A stretch of 64,000 bases of DNA from Rebecca billardiae RCC1528 (Eukaryota; Protista; Haptophyta), in assembly GCA_965240325.2 (NCBI GenBank), contig OZ251247.1:558001-622000 (forward strand). The letters run 5' to 3'. The notes beneath the pieces were generated by a model. It searched no databases. It worked only from the letters and a program-made list of their open reading frames with translations, and was not told the DNA's origin. The position numbers were made by a program, and so were the translations under genes. Below are positions 32,806 to 45,137 of the stretch, piece by piece. Position 1 is the stretch's first letter. Each line of letters begins with the position of its first letter.

Positions 32806-35800
32806 GGGGCGATGGCCGACGCGACGGGAGTGGTGGGTTTGGCAGTCCGCGGCGGTTATCGCGTTATGACTGCCGCGTCGCTGCTCCGCCGCCGCCCGTG
32901 CCCCTCCCCGCTAGGTGGGCGTATACCCGGCCGGACGCGGGCTCGGCGCTCGCAGCGGCATCGCCGGAGTGACCGGACGGTGACGAGATGTGAGTCGGAA
33001 GCAGCTCGCCTTTGCGGCGCGGGTACCAAGCGGAAAGTGAGCGTACCTGCAGGCGGGCCGACCCTCGGCGTGACAGGCGCACCTCCGGGGCCGGTCAGGG
33101 CAGCCCACGTCGTGCAGCCGACCGCTTCCGCCGCGACTGCCCCCCGGCGCACCCTGCCCCGGCCGACGCCTGAGCACAGCGGCCCCGCCCGGGCCCGGGG
33201 CCCCCGGGCGGCAGGCCGCGGCGGCGCCGGCACACTCACGGACAGCCAGCGGCGCTCCTCCGCCTCCTTCGTTCTTCGTTCCTCGGTGTCCCCTCGGTGT
33301 GGCGCGCGCTCCGCGCATTCTCCGCGCATTCTGCCTCGCTCGTGCGCCAGCGCGCTTGTATCCTGGGGATGACGCGTGCATCCGTGCTGCTTCGGCGTCC
33401 TCCTGCACCGTCCGGCGGCCGAGCGCACAGCGGGGCGACGCGGGAGGTGCCGGTGCAGGGGCGTCCGTCGCGGTCACTCAGCGCTCATCGCCGTCTGCTT
33501 CGCTCGAGCGAGAGCGCCCTCAGCGCATTCATCCCGCCCGGCCTCATGCAATTGCACCAGTGCTGCTTCGGGGTCCCCTGCGGCTTCCGGCGCTGGGCGC
33601 ACAGCGGAGCGGAGCGCGAGGGAGCGGTGCGCTGCCGCCCGTCGTGCGCGCTCCTAGCTCACCACCCTCTGCTTCGCTCGAACGAGCCGCGCGCTCCGCG
33701 CCTTCTGCTTCGCTCGAGCTCGAGCGCGCTTGTATCCTGGGGATGATGACGAGTGCATCAGTGCTACTCCTCCTGCAGCGTCCGGCGGCTGAGCGCGCAG
33801 CGGGGCGCCGCGGGAGGTGCCGGTGCGCGGGCGTCCGTCGCGGTCACTCAGCGCTCATCGCCGTCTGCTTCGCTCGCGCGAGAGCGCACTCATCATCACC
33901 TTCCGCCACCTCGCTCGAGCTGTGGATGGAGCGCGCTTCGGCGGGGCGGGCAGTGGCCACATCCATGCTGCTACTTCTACGTCCTTCGGCAGCGCGCGAA
34001 GGCGGGGCGCATATCGATACGGACCAAGCCGCTCGCACGCGGCATGCTCGTGTCACGCACGCCGCCGCCGCTCGCCGCCGCTCGCCTGAGCCCGCACTCG
34101 CGCGGCTGCGTGTCAGCCTGCGCCCAACTTCTCCGAGCGTCACATGCGCGTAACTTTGCTCCTTACATGCGCGTGTCTTTGCGCCTCACTGCGCCTAACC
34201 TCTCCGCGCATCACATGCGCCTAACTTTGCGCCTTACATGCGCGTAACTTCGCGCGTCACTTGCGCCTAACGGTCACTTGCGCCTAACTTCTCTGCGCCT
34301 CACTGCGCCTAACTTCTCCGCGCGTCACATGCGCCTAACTTTGCGCCTTACATGTGCGTAATAACTTCGCGCGTCACTTGCGCCTAACTGTCACTTGCGC
34401 CTAACTTCTCTGCGCCTCACTGCGCCTAACTTCTCCGCGCGTCACAATCATGAGCCTAACTTTGCGCCTCACATGCGCGTATCTTTGCGGGTCACTTGCA
34501 CCTATGATAACTTCTCTGCGCCTCACTGCGCTTAACTTCTTCGCGCGTCACATGTGCCTGCCTGACGTTGCGCCTCACATGCGCGTAACTTCTCGTCCGC
34601 GCGCGTCACCCTCTGCTTCGCTCGAGCGTGAACGCGCGCATCGTCAATCACCTCATGCCTATCGCTCGAGCAGCGGCCTTCAGTTCCGTTCCCGTGCGCG
34701 GTACGAGCGTTCCACTTCCATCTACTCACGCTGCGCATTCCTCTCCTTCATCCCAGTCAATCATCCGCACGCGTCACCTTCTGCCTCGCTCGAGCGTGAA
34801 CGCGCTCATCGTCAATCACACTCTGCCTATCGCGCGAGCAGCGGCCTTCATTTCCGTTCCCGCACGCGGTCCGAGCATTCCACTTCCGTCTCACGCCGCG
34901 CATTCCTCTCCTTCATTCCAGTTCCGTTCCGATCTACACGACGCGCGTGCGTCCATTTCCTCACGCCGCGCGTGTCTGTTCCGTCTCCACAGCCAATCCT
35001 ATCCTGCACTCCTGGCCAGTCATCCACGCACGTCACCTTCTGCTTCGCTCGATCGTGGACGCGCTCATCGTCAATCACCTTCTGCCTCTCGCTCGAGCAG
35101 CTGCCTTCAGTTCCGTTCCTACGCGCGGTCCGGAGCGTTCCACTTCAGTGTCACACCGCGCGTTCCTCTGACTCTCCTTCAATCCGGCTCCGTTCCGATC
35201 TACGTGCATTCCCTGCCTCACGCTGCACGTTCCTGGTCCTTCCCATCTCGCACCGCGCGTTCCTTTCCTTCATCCCAGCTCCGCCTTTCTCGCTCGTCGC
35301 CTTCTGTGTCGCTCGAGCGGGGACGCGCTCATCATCGGCAATGACTTTCTGCCTGTCGCTCAAGCAGCTACTTTCCGTTCCGTTTCGTTCCTACTACACG
35401 TGTTCCATCCCTCGCGCCGGGCGCACCTGATCCTTCCCGTCACGCACCGCGCGTTCCTTTCCCTCATGCCTGTTCCATCTTCCTCACTCATCACCTTCTG
35501 CTTCGCTCGAGCGTGATGGCGCTCATCGTCCATCTTCGAGGCGCTGGGCGTGATCGTCACGCGCGCGCACGGTCATGCGCGCGCACCGATCATTATGTGC
35601 CGATCATCAGTTCATCATGCGCGCGCTCCGATCATCATGCGTGCGTGCCGATCATCATGCGCGTGTGCCGATCATCATTCGTGCGCGCCGTCATGCGCGC
35701 GCACCGATCATCATGCGCCGATCATCACGCGCGCGCGACCATCATGCGTGCGCCGCGCGACCATCACCATTCGCGCGCCGTGCGCGTCGTCTCGCACACA

Positions 35801-37105
35801 CTTTTCGGCGCGCTTTCATGGGCGCACGTGGTGTTTGCGGCCGGGGCGTGATTGACGACGTTATCGGCGAACCGGCGTCGATACCTGAGCCTCTTGGCGG
35901 CTCGGGCGTGTGCCGCGGCAGCTCGGGCGTATGCGCTCTTGCCGGCCGGCGGCCTTGGCGGCGGTGCGCGCGTGCTGCTGGGCGATTTCGGGCGAGTGGA
36001 CGGCGCATGGCCTGCTGGTCACCTGCAGCGCCTCGCCTGGCCGGTGCCGGCGCGCGACGACGGGCAGGTTACCCCACTGCTCGGAAGGTCGCTGCCGGGC
36101 TCTCGGCGACCTCTGGGAAGGGCTGAGCGCTCGGGAGGGGGCGTCACGCCACCCGCCGCGCAGCGGCCAAACCCGCCGCGCAGCGGCCAAGCGCCGGCGG
36201 CGTGCTGTGGAGTGGTGGGCAGGGCGCTGCGCCTCTGGGGGTCGGGGCCGGGCCTGGCCTCGGCCGCGCCGGCCGACGCCGGCCATGCCGGCGTGGCGCC
36301 TGGCGCTGCGCCTCTTTGGGCGGGCGCTGCCTCGCCGCCCTGCCCCCCCCCCGTGGCGACTGGCGGCCCCAGGCAACCCCTGCATCCGCCTATCGTAAAC
36401 ACCGGATCGCCAGAAGGAGCACGACGCGCGCGCGGTTATGGGGCGATGGCCGACGCGACGGGAGTGGTGGGTTTGGCAGTCCGCGGCGGTTATCGCGTTA
36501 TGACTGCCGCGTCGCTGCTCCGCCGCCGCCCGTGCCCCTCCCCGCTAGGGGGCGTATACCCGGCCGGACGCGGGCTCGGCGCTCGCAGCGGCATCGCCGG
36601 AGTGACCGGACGGTGACGAGATGTGAGTCGGAAGCAGCTCGCCTTTGCGGCGCGGGTACCAAGCGGAAAGTGAGCGTACCTGCAGGCGGGCCGACCCTCG
36701 GCGTGACAGGCGCACCTCCGGGGCCGGTCAGGGCAGCCCACGTCGTGCAGCCGACCGCTTCCGCCGCGACTGCCCCCCGGCGCACCCTGCCCCGGCCGAC
36801 GCCTGAGCACAGCGGCCCCGCCCGGGCCCGGGGCCCCCGGGCGGCAGGCCGCGGCGGCGCCGGCACACTCACGGACAGCCAGCGGCGCTCCTCCGCCTCC
36901 CGCCCGCCCTCCCTGGCGTGGGATCGCCGCGCTGGGGTGGGTGCGGCTTGAGTCAGCGTCCACGGGGGGGGCGATGTGCTGCCGGGCGGGCGCTGCCTCG
37001 CCGCCCTGCCCCCCCCCCGTGGCGACTGGCGGCCCCAGGCAACCCCTGCATCCGCCTATCGTAAACACCGGATCGCCAGAAGGAGCACGACGCGCGCGCG
37101 GTTAT
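32806..37105 (+). mobile_element. Non-autonomous split-direct-repeat element 2 (diverged internal region, near-identical terminal repeats)
   Basis: A1 32806-33267; B1 36318-36437; A2 36440-36900; C 36901-36983; B2 36984-37105. Confidence 0.85.
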
Positions 37106-37196
37106 AGCGGAATGCATGCTGATGCATGATGCAGCAGTCTGAACTCTGAAGCGATGCAGCGGTCTCCCCGGGCCGGGGCGGTCGATCGCTCTGGGG

Positions 37197-38750
37197 ATGG
37201 CTGCCGACGGCGCTGACGCCACCGAGCCGAGGCTCACAGCGACCGTGGACGACGAGCCGACGGCGGCAAATGCGTCGGCGCCGGCCGTGCGGGTGCTCTC
37301 CGACTTGCCGGCCGAGGTGATTGAGCGCATCGCCGCGTCGCTGCCCACGCGGCGTGATCTCGCCGCCGCCAACGCCGTCTCGCGCCTCTTCCGCGGCGCG
37401 CCCGGCGAGCGCTCGCCGGTCGAGCACGCGCTGCGCGAGCGCGTGCTTGCGCGCGGGCACGGGCGTTCCCTGCCGGACACGCTCCCCGCAGGCGCCCTCA
37501 CGTGGACCGCCGAGCTTCTTGCTCGCGAAGCTCTCATCGAGCTCGCGCGCTCGCACACGCACGCCGCTGCTGCGAGCATGTTGCTGTGCTTCAGCGCGTT
37601 TGTGGACGCGGAGCGCGGGCTGCACACGTGCGGCGAGGCGGCAGAGGTAAGCATCGGCGGTGGTGTTATGGATGGCCCGTGCGCACCTACGGCACTCGGC
37701 CACCCAGGCGCGTTGGAAGTGCGCGTGCCGACGCGCGTGGCCTCGCTCTCCGCGGTGCGCGTGGTCGCTGTGGCGGCTGGCAGCTTCCACCTGCTCGCGC
37801 TGAGCGACGCCGGCGCCGTGTACGGCTGCGGCGAGAACTTCTCAGGCCAGCTCGGGCTGGGTGACGCCGAGGAGAGGCGTGCATTCGTTCACGTGCAGGC
37901 GCTCGTGGGCGAGGCCATCGTCTGCATTGCCGCGGGCTCTGCCCACAGCCTCGCGCTCACCGCCGCTGGCTGTGCGTACAGCTGGGGCAACAACCAGCTC
38001 GGCCAGCTCGGCCACGGCGACACGGAGGACCGGTGCGAGCCGACGCGCATCGAGGCGCTGGACGGCGTGCGCGTGGGGGGCGTGGCAGCCGGGCGTATGC
38101 ACTCGCTGCTGCTCTCGACCAGTGGGGCCGTCTACTCGTGCGGCAGTGGCTCCTCTGGCAAGCTCGGCCACGGCGACCGGCAGGATCAGCACACCCCGAG
38201 GCGCATCGAGGCGCTGGCCGGCGTGCGCGCAGTGCACGTGAGCGCGGGCAGTGATCACAGCCTGGTGGTGGACGTGGCGGGCGGGATGCACTCATTCGGG
38301 CATGGGCGCTCTGGGCAGCTCGGGCACGGCAATGAGATCGCCCAGCGGGTGCCCACGCCTATTGCAGCGCTGGAGGGCGTGCGCGCAGTGCGTGCGTACG
38401 CGGGCAACGACAGCAGCGCGGTGCTGGGCGCGGACGGCAGCGTGCACGCGTTCGGGGACAACCGGTATCACCAGCTGGGGCTCGATGGCCAGCTGGGCCC
38501 CGGGGCATCTTCTGTGGTTGAGCCGGCCCTGGTGCGGCTGCCAGGGCGGGGCTCAAGCTGCTCCTTCGGCCCCCTTCACGCGCTGTACGCCACAGCCGAT
38601 GGCGCAGCGTACGCGTGTGGCTTGCAGTCGGCTGCGCTCGGCCTCGGCGTGAGCGCTGCGGATGCGGCCGGGCGCCTCCACTCGCTCACGCGCATCGAGC
38701 AGCTGCCTCCCGTGTATTCACGGGACGTGGACGCGGATGCCACGTGCTGA
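37197..38750 (+). CDS. F-box + RCC1-repeat protein, unit 11
   Basis: LSDLPAEVIERIAASL F-box motif plus RCC1 repeats. Confidence 0.9.
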   Translation: MAADGADATEPRLTATVDDEPTAANASAPAVRVLSDLPAEVIERIAASLPTRRDLAAANAVSRLFRGAPGERSPVEHALRERVLARGHGRSLPDTLPAGALTWTAELLAREALIELARSHTHAAAASMLLCFSAFVDAERGLHTCGEAAEVSIGGGVMDGPCAPTALGHPGALEVRVPTRVASLSAVRVVAVAAGSFHLLALSDAGAVYGCGENFSGQLGLGDAEERRAFVHVQALVGEAIVCIAAGSAHSLALTAAGCAYSWGNNQLGQLGHGDTEDRCEPTRIEALDGVRVGGVAAGRMHSLLLSTSGAVYSCGSGSSGKLGHGDRQDQHTPRRIEALAGVRAVHVSAGSDHSLVVDVAGGMHSFGHGRSGQLGHGNEIAQRVPTPIAALEGVRAVRAYAGNDSSAVLGADGSVHAFGDNRYHQLGLDGQLGPGASSVVEPALVRLPGRGSSCSFGPLHALYATADGAAYACGLQSAALGLGVSAADAAGRLHSLTRIEQLPPVYSRDVDADATC

Positions 38751-38872
38751 TCCCTGCTGCTGCTCAGCAGCCGCCGCCGTGTGACTCGTCCACTGGTCAC
38801 TGCGCCTCGACTTCGAGCAGACGACCGCCATCAGTCACTAGTCAGCGCCTCATGACCGCGCTGCTCGGGCTT

Positions 38873-41800
38873 ATAACCGCGCGCGCGTCGCGCTCCTTCT
38901 GGCGATCCGGTGTTTACGATAGGCGGATGCAGGGGTTGCCTGGGGCCGCCAGTCGCCACGGGGGGGGGCAGGGCGGCGAGGCAGCGCCCGCCCGGCAGCA
39001 CATCGCCCCCCCCGTGGACGCTGACTCAAGCCGCACCCACCCCAGCGCGGCGATCCCACGCCAGGGAGGGCGGGCGGGAGGCGGAGGAGCGCCGCTGGCT
39101 GTCCGTGAGTGTGCCGGCGCCGCCGCGGCCTGCCGCCCGGGGGCCCCGGGCCCGGGCGGGGCCGCTGTGCTCAGGCGTCGGCCGGGGCAGGGTGCGCCGG
39201 GGGGCAGTCGCGGCGGAAGCGGTCGGCTGCACGACGTGGGCTGCCCTGACCGGCCCCGAAGGTGCGCCTGTCACGCCGAGGGTCGGCCCTCCTGCAGGTA
39301 CGCTCACTTTCCGCTTGGTACCCGCGCCGCAAAGGCGAGCTGCTTCCGACTCACATCTCGTCACCGTGCGGTCACTCCGGCGATGCCGCTGCGAGCGCCG
39401 AGCCCGCGTCCGGCCAGGTATACGCCCACCTAGCGGGGAGGGGCACGGGCGGCGGCGGAGCAGCGACGCGGCAGTCATAACGCGATAACCGCCGCGGACT
39501 GCCAAACCCACCACTCCCGTCGCGTCGGCCATCGCCCCATAACCGCGCGCGCGTCGCGCTCCTTCTGGCGATCCGGTGTTTACGATAGGCGGATGCAGGG
39601 GTTGCCTGGGGCCGCCAGTCGCCACGGGGGGGGGCAGGGCGGCGAGGCAGCGCCCGCCCAAAGAGGCGCAGCGCCAGGCGCCACGCCGGCGTGGCCGGCG
39701 TCGGCCGGCGCGGCCGAGGCCAGGCCCGGCCCCGACCCCCAGAGGCGCAGCGCCCTGCCCACCACCACGCCGCACGCCGCCGGTGTGAGGCCGCGGAGCG
39801 GCGGACTGGGTGCCCCCCCCCCCTCCCCCCCAGCGCTCAGCCCCTGCCAGAGGTCGCCGAGAGCCCGCAGCGACCGGCGGACCACAGGACCACTGGCGTA
39901 ACCCGCCCGTCGTCGCGCGCCGGCACAGGCCAGGCGAAGCGCTGCAGGTGACCCGCAGGCCACGCCGTCCACTTGCCCGACGAAACCGCCCAGCAGCACG
40001 CGCGCACCGCCGCCGCCGCCGCCGGCCGGCGAGAGCGCATGCGCCCGAGCCGTCGCGGAACACACCCGAGCCGACATGAGGCGCAGGTATCGACGTCGGC
40101 TTGCCGACAACGTCGTCAACCACGCGCCTGCAGACCGCACGAGCGCCCGTGAAAGCGCGCCGAAAAGGGGCGTGCGAGGTGACGCGCACGGTGCGCGAAT
40201 GGTGATGGCCGTGCGGCGCACGAATGACGATCGGTGCGCGCGCACGATGAGCGGTGCACGCGCGGGCGGATCGGAGCGCGCGCATGATAAACGGCGCATG
40301 ATACTCGGCGCGCGCGCATGACGGCGCGCGCGCATGATGATCGGCGCTGGTCGGTGCGCGCGCATGATGATCGTCACGCGATGATCGGCGCGCGCGCATG
40401 ACCATGCGCGCGCGTGACGAATTCGCCGCAACGGCTCGCGCGAGAGGCACAAGGCGATTGACGATGAACGCGACCACGTTCGAGCGCTCGAGCGAAGCAG
40501 GAGGTGATGAGTGAGGAAGATGGCACAGGAATGGGAGAGGAACGCGTGGCGCGTGGCGGGAAGGGCCAGGCACGCTCGGCGTGAGGAAAGGAACGCGCGT
40601 AGAAACGGAACGGAACGGAAAGCAGCGGTTCGAGCGATAGACAGGAGGTGATTGACGACGATGAGCGCGTGCGCGCTCGAGCGACGCAGAAGGTGACGAG
40701 CGAGGAAGACCAAGGCCAGGTGAAAGCGCCGCAGGTGGCCAGCGGGCCACGTCGCTTTTCGCGCCCGAAAACGCCCAGCAGCGCGCGCGCCCCGCTGCAG
40801 TGGCAGCCGACCGGCGAGAGCTGCATCCGCCAGAGCCGCCACGCGGCGCAGGTATCAACGCCGGCCCGCCGACAACGTCGTCCCCGACACCCCGGCCACA
40901 GACACCCCGTACACCCATGTAAGCGCGCCGAAAGGTGCGCGCGAGGATGGCGCACTCGGCACCCGAATGATGATGATGGTTGCGCGGAGCACGAATGATG
41001 ATCGGCGCGCGCGGGTATCAACGCCAGCCCGCCGACGACGTCGTCCCCCACGCCCCGGCCACAGACACCACGTACGCCCATGTAAGCGCGCCGAAAGGTG
41101 TGTGCGATGATGGCACGCTCGGCACCCGGATGATGATGCGATGGTTACGCTGAGCACGAAGTGATGATCGGCGCGCGCACATGATGATGATCGGCGCGCG
41201 CGCATGAGAAGACAGGTGCGAGTGACGCGCGGAGAAGATGCGCGCGGAGACGATAGGCGCGGAGGACATAGGCGCAAGTAACGCGCGGAGGAGATAGGCG
41301 CAAGTAACGCGCGGAGAAGATAGGCGCAAGTAACGCGCGGAGAAGATATAGTAGGCGCAAGTAACGCGCGGAGACAGGCGCAAGTAACGCGCGGAGAAGA
41401 TAGGCGCAAGTAAACGCGCGGAGAAGATATATAGTAGGCGCAAGTAACGCGCGGAGACAGGCGCAAGTAACGCGCGGAGAAGATAGGCGCACGTAACGCG
41501 CGGAGAAGATATAGTAGGCGCAAGTAACGCGCGGAGACAGGCGCAAGTAACGCGCGGAGAAGATAGGCGCAAGTAAACGCGCGGAGAAGATATAGTAGGC
41601 GCAAGTAACGCGCGGAGACAGGCGCAAGTAACGCGCGGAGAAGTAGATAGTATAGGCGCAAGTAACGCGCGGAGGAGGTATAGGCGCAAGTGACGCGCGG
41701 AGACAGGCGCAAGTAACGCGTGGGGAAGTAGATATAGTAGGCGCAAGTAACGCGCGGAGAAGTAGATAGGCGCAAGTGACGCGCGGAGACAGGCGCAAGT

Positions 41801-43491
41801 AACGCGCGGAGAAGTAGATAGTAGGCGCAAGTAACGCGCGGAGATGAGATAGGCGCAAGTGACGCGCGGAGAAGATAGGGTGCGCACACGATGATCGGCG
41901 CATGATGATCGGCGCGCGCGCGAGGGATAGACAGATAGACAGATAGACAGATAGACAGATAGACAGATAGACAGATAGATAGACAGATAGATAGACAGAT
42001 AGACGCGCGAGTGAGCGACGGCGAGCTGTAGAGAAGGGTGAGTCGTGCGGCGGCGAGTGGCGGCGGCGTGCTTGCAGCGCGGCAGCGGCGTGCGGCGAGC
42101 GCGAACACGCGGAGCGCGCGCGGCTCCGCTGTTGCGCCCCGAGGGGCCCGCGCCGAAGAAGCGCGCTCGCTCGAGCGGGGGGCAGATCGAAGGTGATGAA
42201 GCGCGCGGTTCCGCTCAAGCGAAGTAGAAGGTGATGAGCGACGAGTGTGCCCGACGGACGACAGCGCAACGACACCTCACGCGCCGCCCCGCCGGCCGCC
42301 CAACAGATGGCCGAGAACGGGACGCCGAAGTAGCATGTGTGCGCTCACTGCCCGCGCCGCCGACATGCGCTCCAGCTCGGACGAAGGGCAGAAGGTGTTG
42401 TTGAGCGCGCCCCCGCGAGCGCGCAGCAGCTGGTGAGGAGCGTGTTGTTGAGTACGCCCCCGCGAGCGCGCAGCAGCTGGTGAGGAGCGTGGAGCGTGCC
42501 CGACACACGCCCGCTGGCGCCGCCCCGCCGTGCGCCCAGCCGCCGGACGCTGCCGATGGACGCAGAAGCAGCATGGATGCGCACGAGTCTCGTCCAGCGC
42601 CAAAATGCGCTCGCGCGCGAGCGAGGCAGACAGCGCCGAGCGCGCCCACGCTCGAGCGAAGCAGGTGGAGATGAGCGAGGAGCGCGCACGACGGACGGCA
42701 GCGCACCGGCACCTCACTTACCACCCCGATGTGCGTCACCGATGTGCGCCCGGCCACCGGACGCCTCAGAAGGACACCCAGCACAAGCGTGGTCGCGCAC
42801 GAGCGGATGAGAGAAGCAGAAGGCGCTGAGCGTTCCCCTCGAGTAAAGCAGTGGGCCATGAGGAGGAGGGAGCACGACGGACGGCAGTGCCCAGCACCTC
42901 GCGCTCCGCCTCGCAGTGCGCACGACCGTCGGATGCCGCCGCAGAAGGACGCCGAAGCAGCATCGTGAGAGTTCGAGCGTGATGCACGCGCACCACGCCA
43001 GGGGGGGACAACGAGGAACGGGGAGCGAAGGAGGCGGAGGAGCGCCGCTGGCTGTCCGTGAGTGTGCCGGCGCCGCCGCGGCCTGCCGCCCGGGGGCCCC
43101 GGGCCCGGGCGGGGCCGCTGTGCTCAGGCGTCGGCCGGGGCAGGGTGCGCCGGGGGGCAGTCGCGGCGGAAGCGGTCGGCTGCACGACGTGGGCTGCCCT
43201 GACCGGCCCCGAAGGTGCGCCTGTCACGCCGAGGGTCGGCCCTCCTGCAGGTACGCTCACTTTCCGCTTGGTACCCGCGCCGCAAAGGCGAGCTGCTTCC
43301 GACTCACATCTCGTCACCGTGCGGTCACTCCGGCGATGCCGCTGCGAGCGCCGAGCCCGCGTCCGGCCAGGTATACGCCCACCTAGCGGGGAGGGGCACG
43401 GGCGGCGGCGGAGCAGCGACGCGGCAGTCATAACGCGATAACCGCCGCGGACTGCCAAACCCACCACTCCCGTCGCGTCGGCCATCGCCCC
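38873..43491 (-). mobile_element. Non-autonomous split-direct-repeat element 3 (inverted near-copy of element 1)
   Basis: A1 43030-43491; B1 ~39541-39659; A2 39077-39538; B2 ~38873-38993, all reverse-complemented. Confidence 0.85.
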
Positions 43492-43580
43492 AAATCATAG
43501 ACGATAGAATGAGTCTGAGCTCTGTCGAAGCGAAGCTCAAAGCAGCGGTCCGGACTCCGGAGCGGTCGATCGCTCTGGGG

Positions 43581-45137
43581 ATGGCTGCCGACGGCACTGA
43601 CGCCACCGAGCCGAGGCTCGTGGCGACCGTGGGCGACGATCCGACGGCGGCAAATGCGTCTGCGCCGGCCGAGCGACTGCTGTCCGACTTGCCGGTCGAG
43701 GTGATCGAGCGCATCGCCGCGTCGCTGCCCACGCCGCGCGATCTCGCCGCCGCCAACGCCGCCTCGCGCCTCTTCCGCGGCGCGCCCGGCGAGCGCTCGG
43801 CGGTCGAGCACGCGCTGCGCGAGCGCGTGCGCGCGCGCGGGCACGGGCGTGCCCTGTCAGACACGCTCCCTGCAGGTGCCCTCACGTGGACCGCCGAGCT
43901 GCTTGCTCGCGAAGCTGTCATCGAGCTCGCGCGCTCGCACGCGCACGCCGCTGCTGCGAGCATGCAGCTGCGCTTCAGCGCGTTTGTGGACGCGTCCGGC
44001 GGGCTGCACACGTGCGGCGAGGATGCAGAGGCGGGCATTTTCGATGCCGGCGAGGCTGGCATGCGCGCGCCCAAGGCACTCGGCCACCCGGACGCGCACA
44101 CGGTGCGCGTGCCGACGCGCGTCGCCTCACTCAACGCGGTGCGCGTGCGCTCCGTGGCGGCTGGCCGGGACCACCTGCTCGCGCTGAGCGAGGCCGGCAC
44201 AGTGTACGGCTGCGGCTACAACGGCTTCGGCCAGCTTGGGCTGGGTGACGACGACGAGAGGCGTGCATTCGCGCACGTTCAGGCGCTTGCGAGCGAGGCC
44301 GTTGTCGGCATCGCCGCTGGCGGCAGCCACAGCCTCGCGCTCACAGCAACTGGGTGCGCGTACAGCTGGGGCCGCAACCACTACGGCCAGCTTGGCCACG
44401 GTGACACGACGGAGCGGTGGGAGCCGACGCGCATCGAGGCGCTGGATGGCGTGCGCGTTGGCGGGCTCTGTGCGGGGCAGCTGCACACGCTGCTGCTCTC
44501 TGCCAGTGGCGATGTCTACTCGTGCGGCGATGGCGAATTCTGCCGCCTGGGCCACGACGACCGGCAGCAGCAGCCCACGCCGAGGCGCATCGAGGCGCTC
44601 GCGGGCGTGCGCGCCGCGCACGTGAGCGCGGGCTCCGAGCACAGCCTGGTGGTGGATGCAGTGGGTGGTGTGCACTCGTTTGGGGCAGGCCATCGTGGCC
44701 AGCTTGGGCACGGTTATTGTGTCGCAAGCGGTCTACCCAAGCGCCTCGAGGCGTTGGCAGGCGTGCGCGCAGTGCGTGCGTACGCGGGCAACAACAGCAG
44801 CGTGGTGCTGGGCGCGGACGGCAGCGTGCACACGTTTGGGAGCAACGACAGTGGCCAGCTGGGCCTTTGGCTCGTCGCGCGGGTGGCCTCGTTCCCGTCC
44901 AGGACGACGGTGCAGGCACTAGGGCCCAGGCGCGTTGTCAGCTGCTCGCTTGGCCGCCGTCACGCGCTGTACGTCACATCGGACGGCGCCGTGCACGCGT
45001 GCGGCGAGCGCTCGGCTGCGCTCGGCCTCGGCGTGAGCGCTGCGGACAGGGCTGATGATCGCGTCCACTCGCTCACGCGCATCGAGCAGCTGCCGCCTGT
45101 GTGGGTGGGGGGCTGGCACGATGACGGCGCGCGCTGA
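43581..45137 (+). CDS. F-box + RCC1-repeat protein, unit 12
   Basis: Same architecture. ATG chosen by homology (upstream in-frame ATG at 43509). Confidence 0.9.
   Translation: MAADGTDATEPRLVATVGDDPTAANASAPAERLLSDLPVEVIERIAASLPTPRDLAAANAASRLFRGAPGERSAVEHALRERVRARGHGRALSDTLPAGALTWTAELLAREAVIELARSHAHAAAASMQLRFSAFVDASGGLHTCGEDAEAGIFDAGEAGMRAPKALGHPDAHTVRVPTRVASLNAVRVRSVAAGRDHLLALSEAGTVYGCGYNGFGQLGLGDDDERRAFAHVQALASEAVVGIAAGGSHSLALTATGCAYSWGRNHYGQLGHGDTTERWEPTRIEALDGVRVGGLCAGQLHTLLLSASGDVYSCGDGEFCRLGHDDRQQQPTPRRIEALAGVRAAHVSAGSEHSLVVDAVGGVHSFGAGHRGQLGHGYCVASGLPKRLEALAGVRAVRAYAGNNSSVVLGADGSVHTFGSNDSGQLGLWLVARVASFPSRTTVQALGPRRVVSCSLGRRHALYVTSDGAVHACGERSAALGLGVSAADRADDRVHSLTRIEQLPPVWVGGWHDDGAR

Noticed and set aside
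24738-43485. ORFs within the split-repeat elements (e.g. MADATGVVGLAVRGG…, 593 aa and 630 aa frames)
   Set aside because: Arg/Ala/Pro-rich GC shadow frames, broken by indels between copies (e.g. 1-bp deletion near 36548), with no RT, RNase H or YR motifs.
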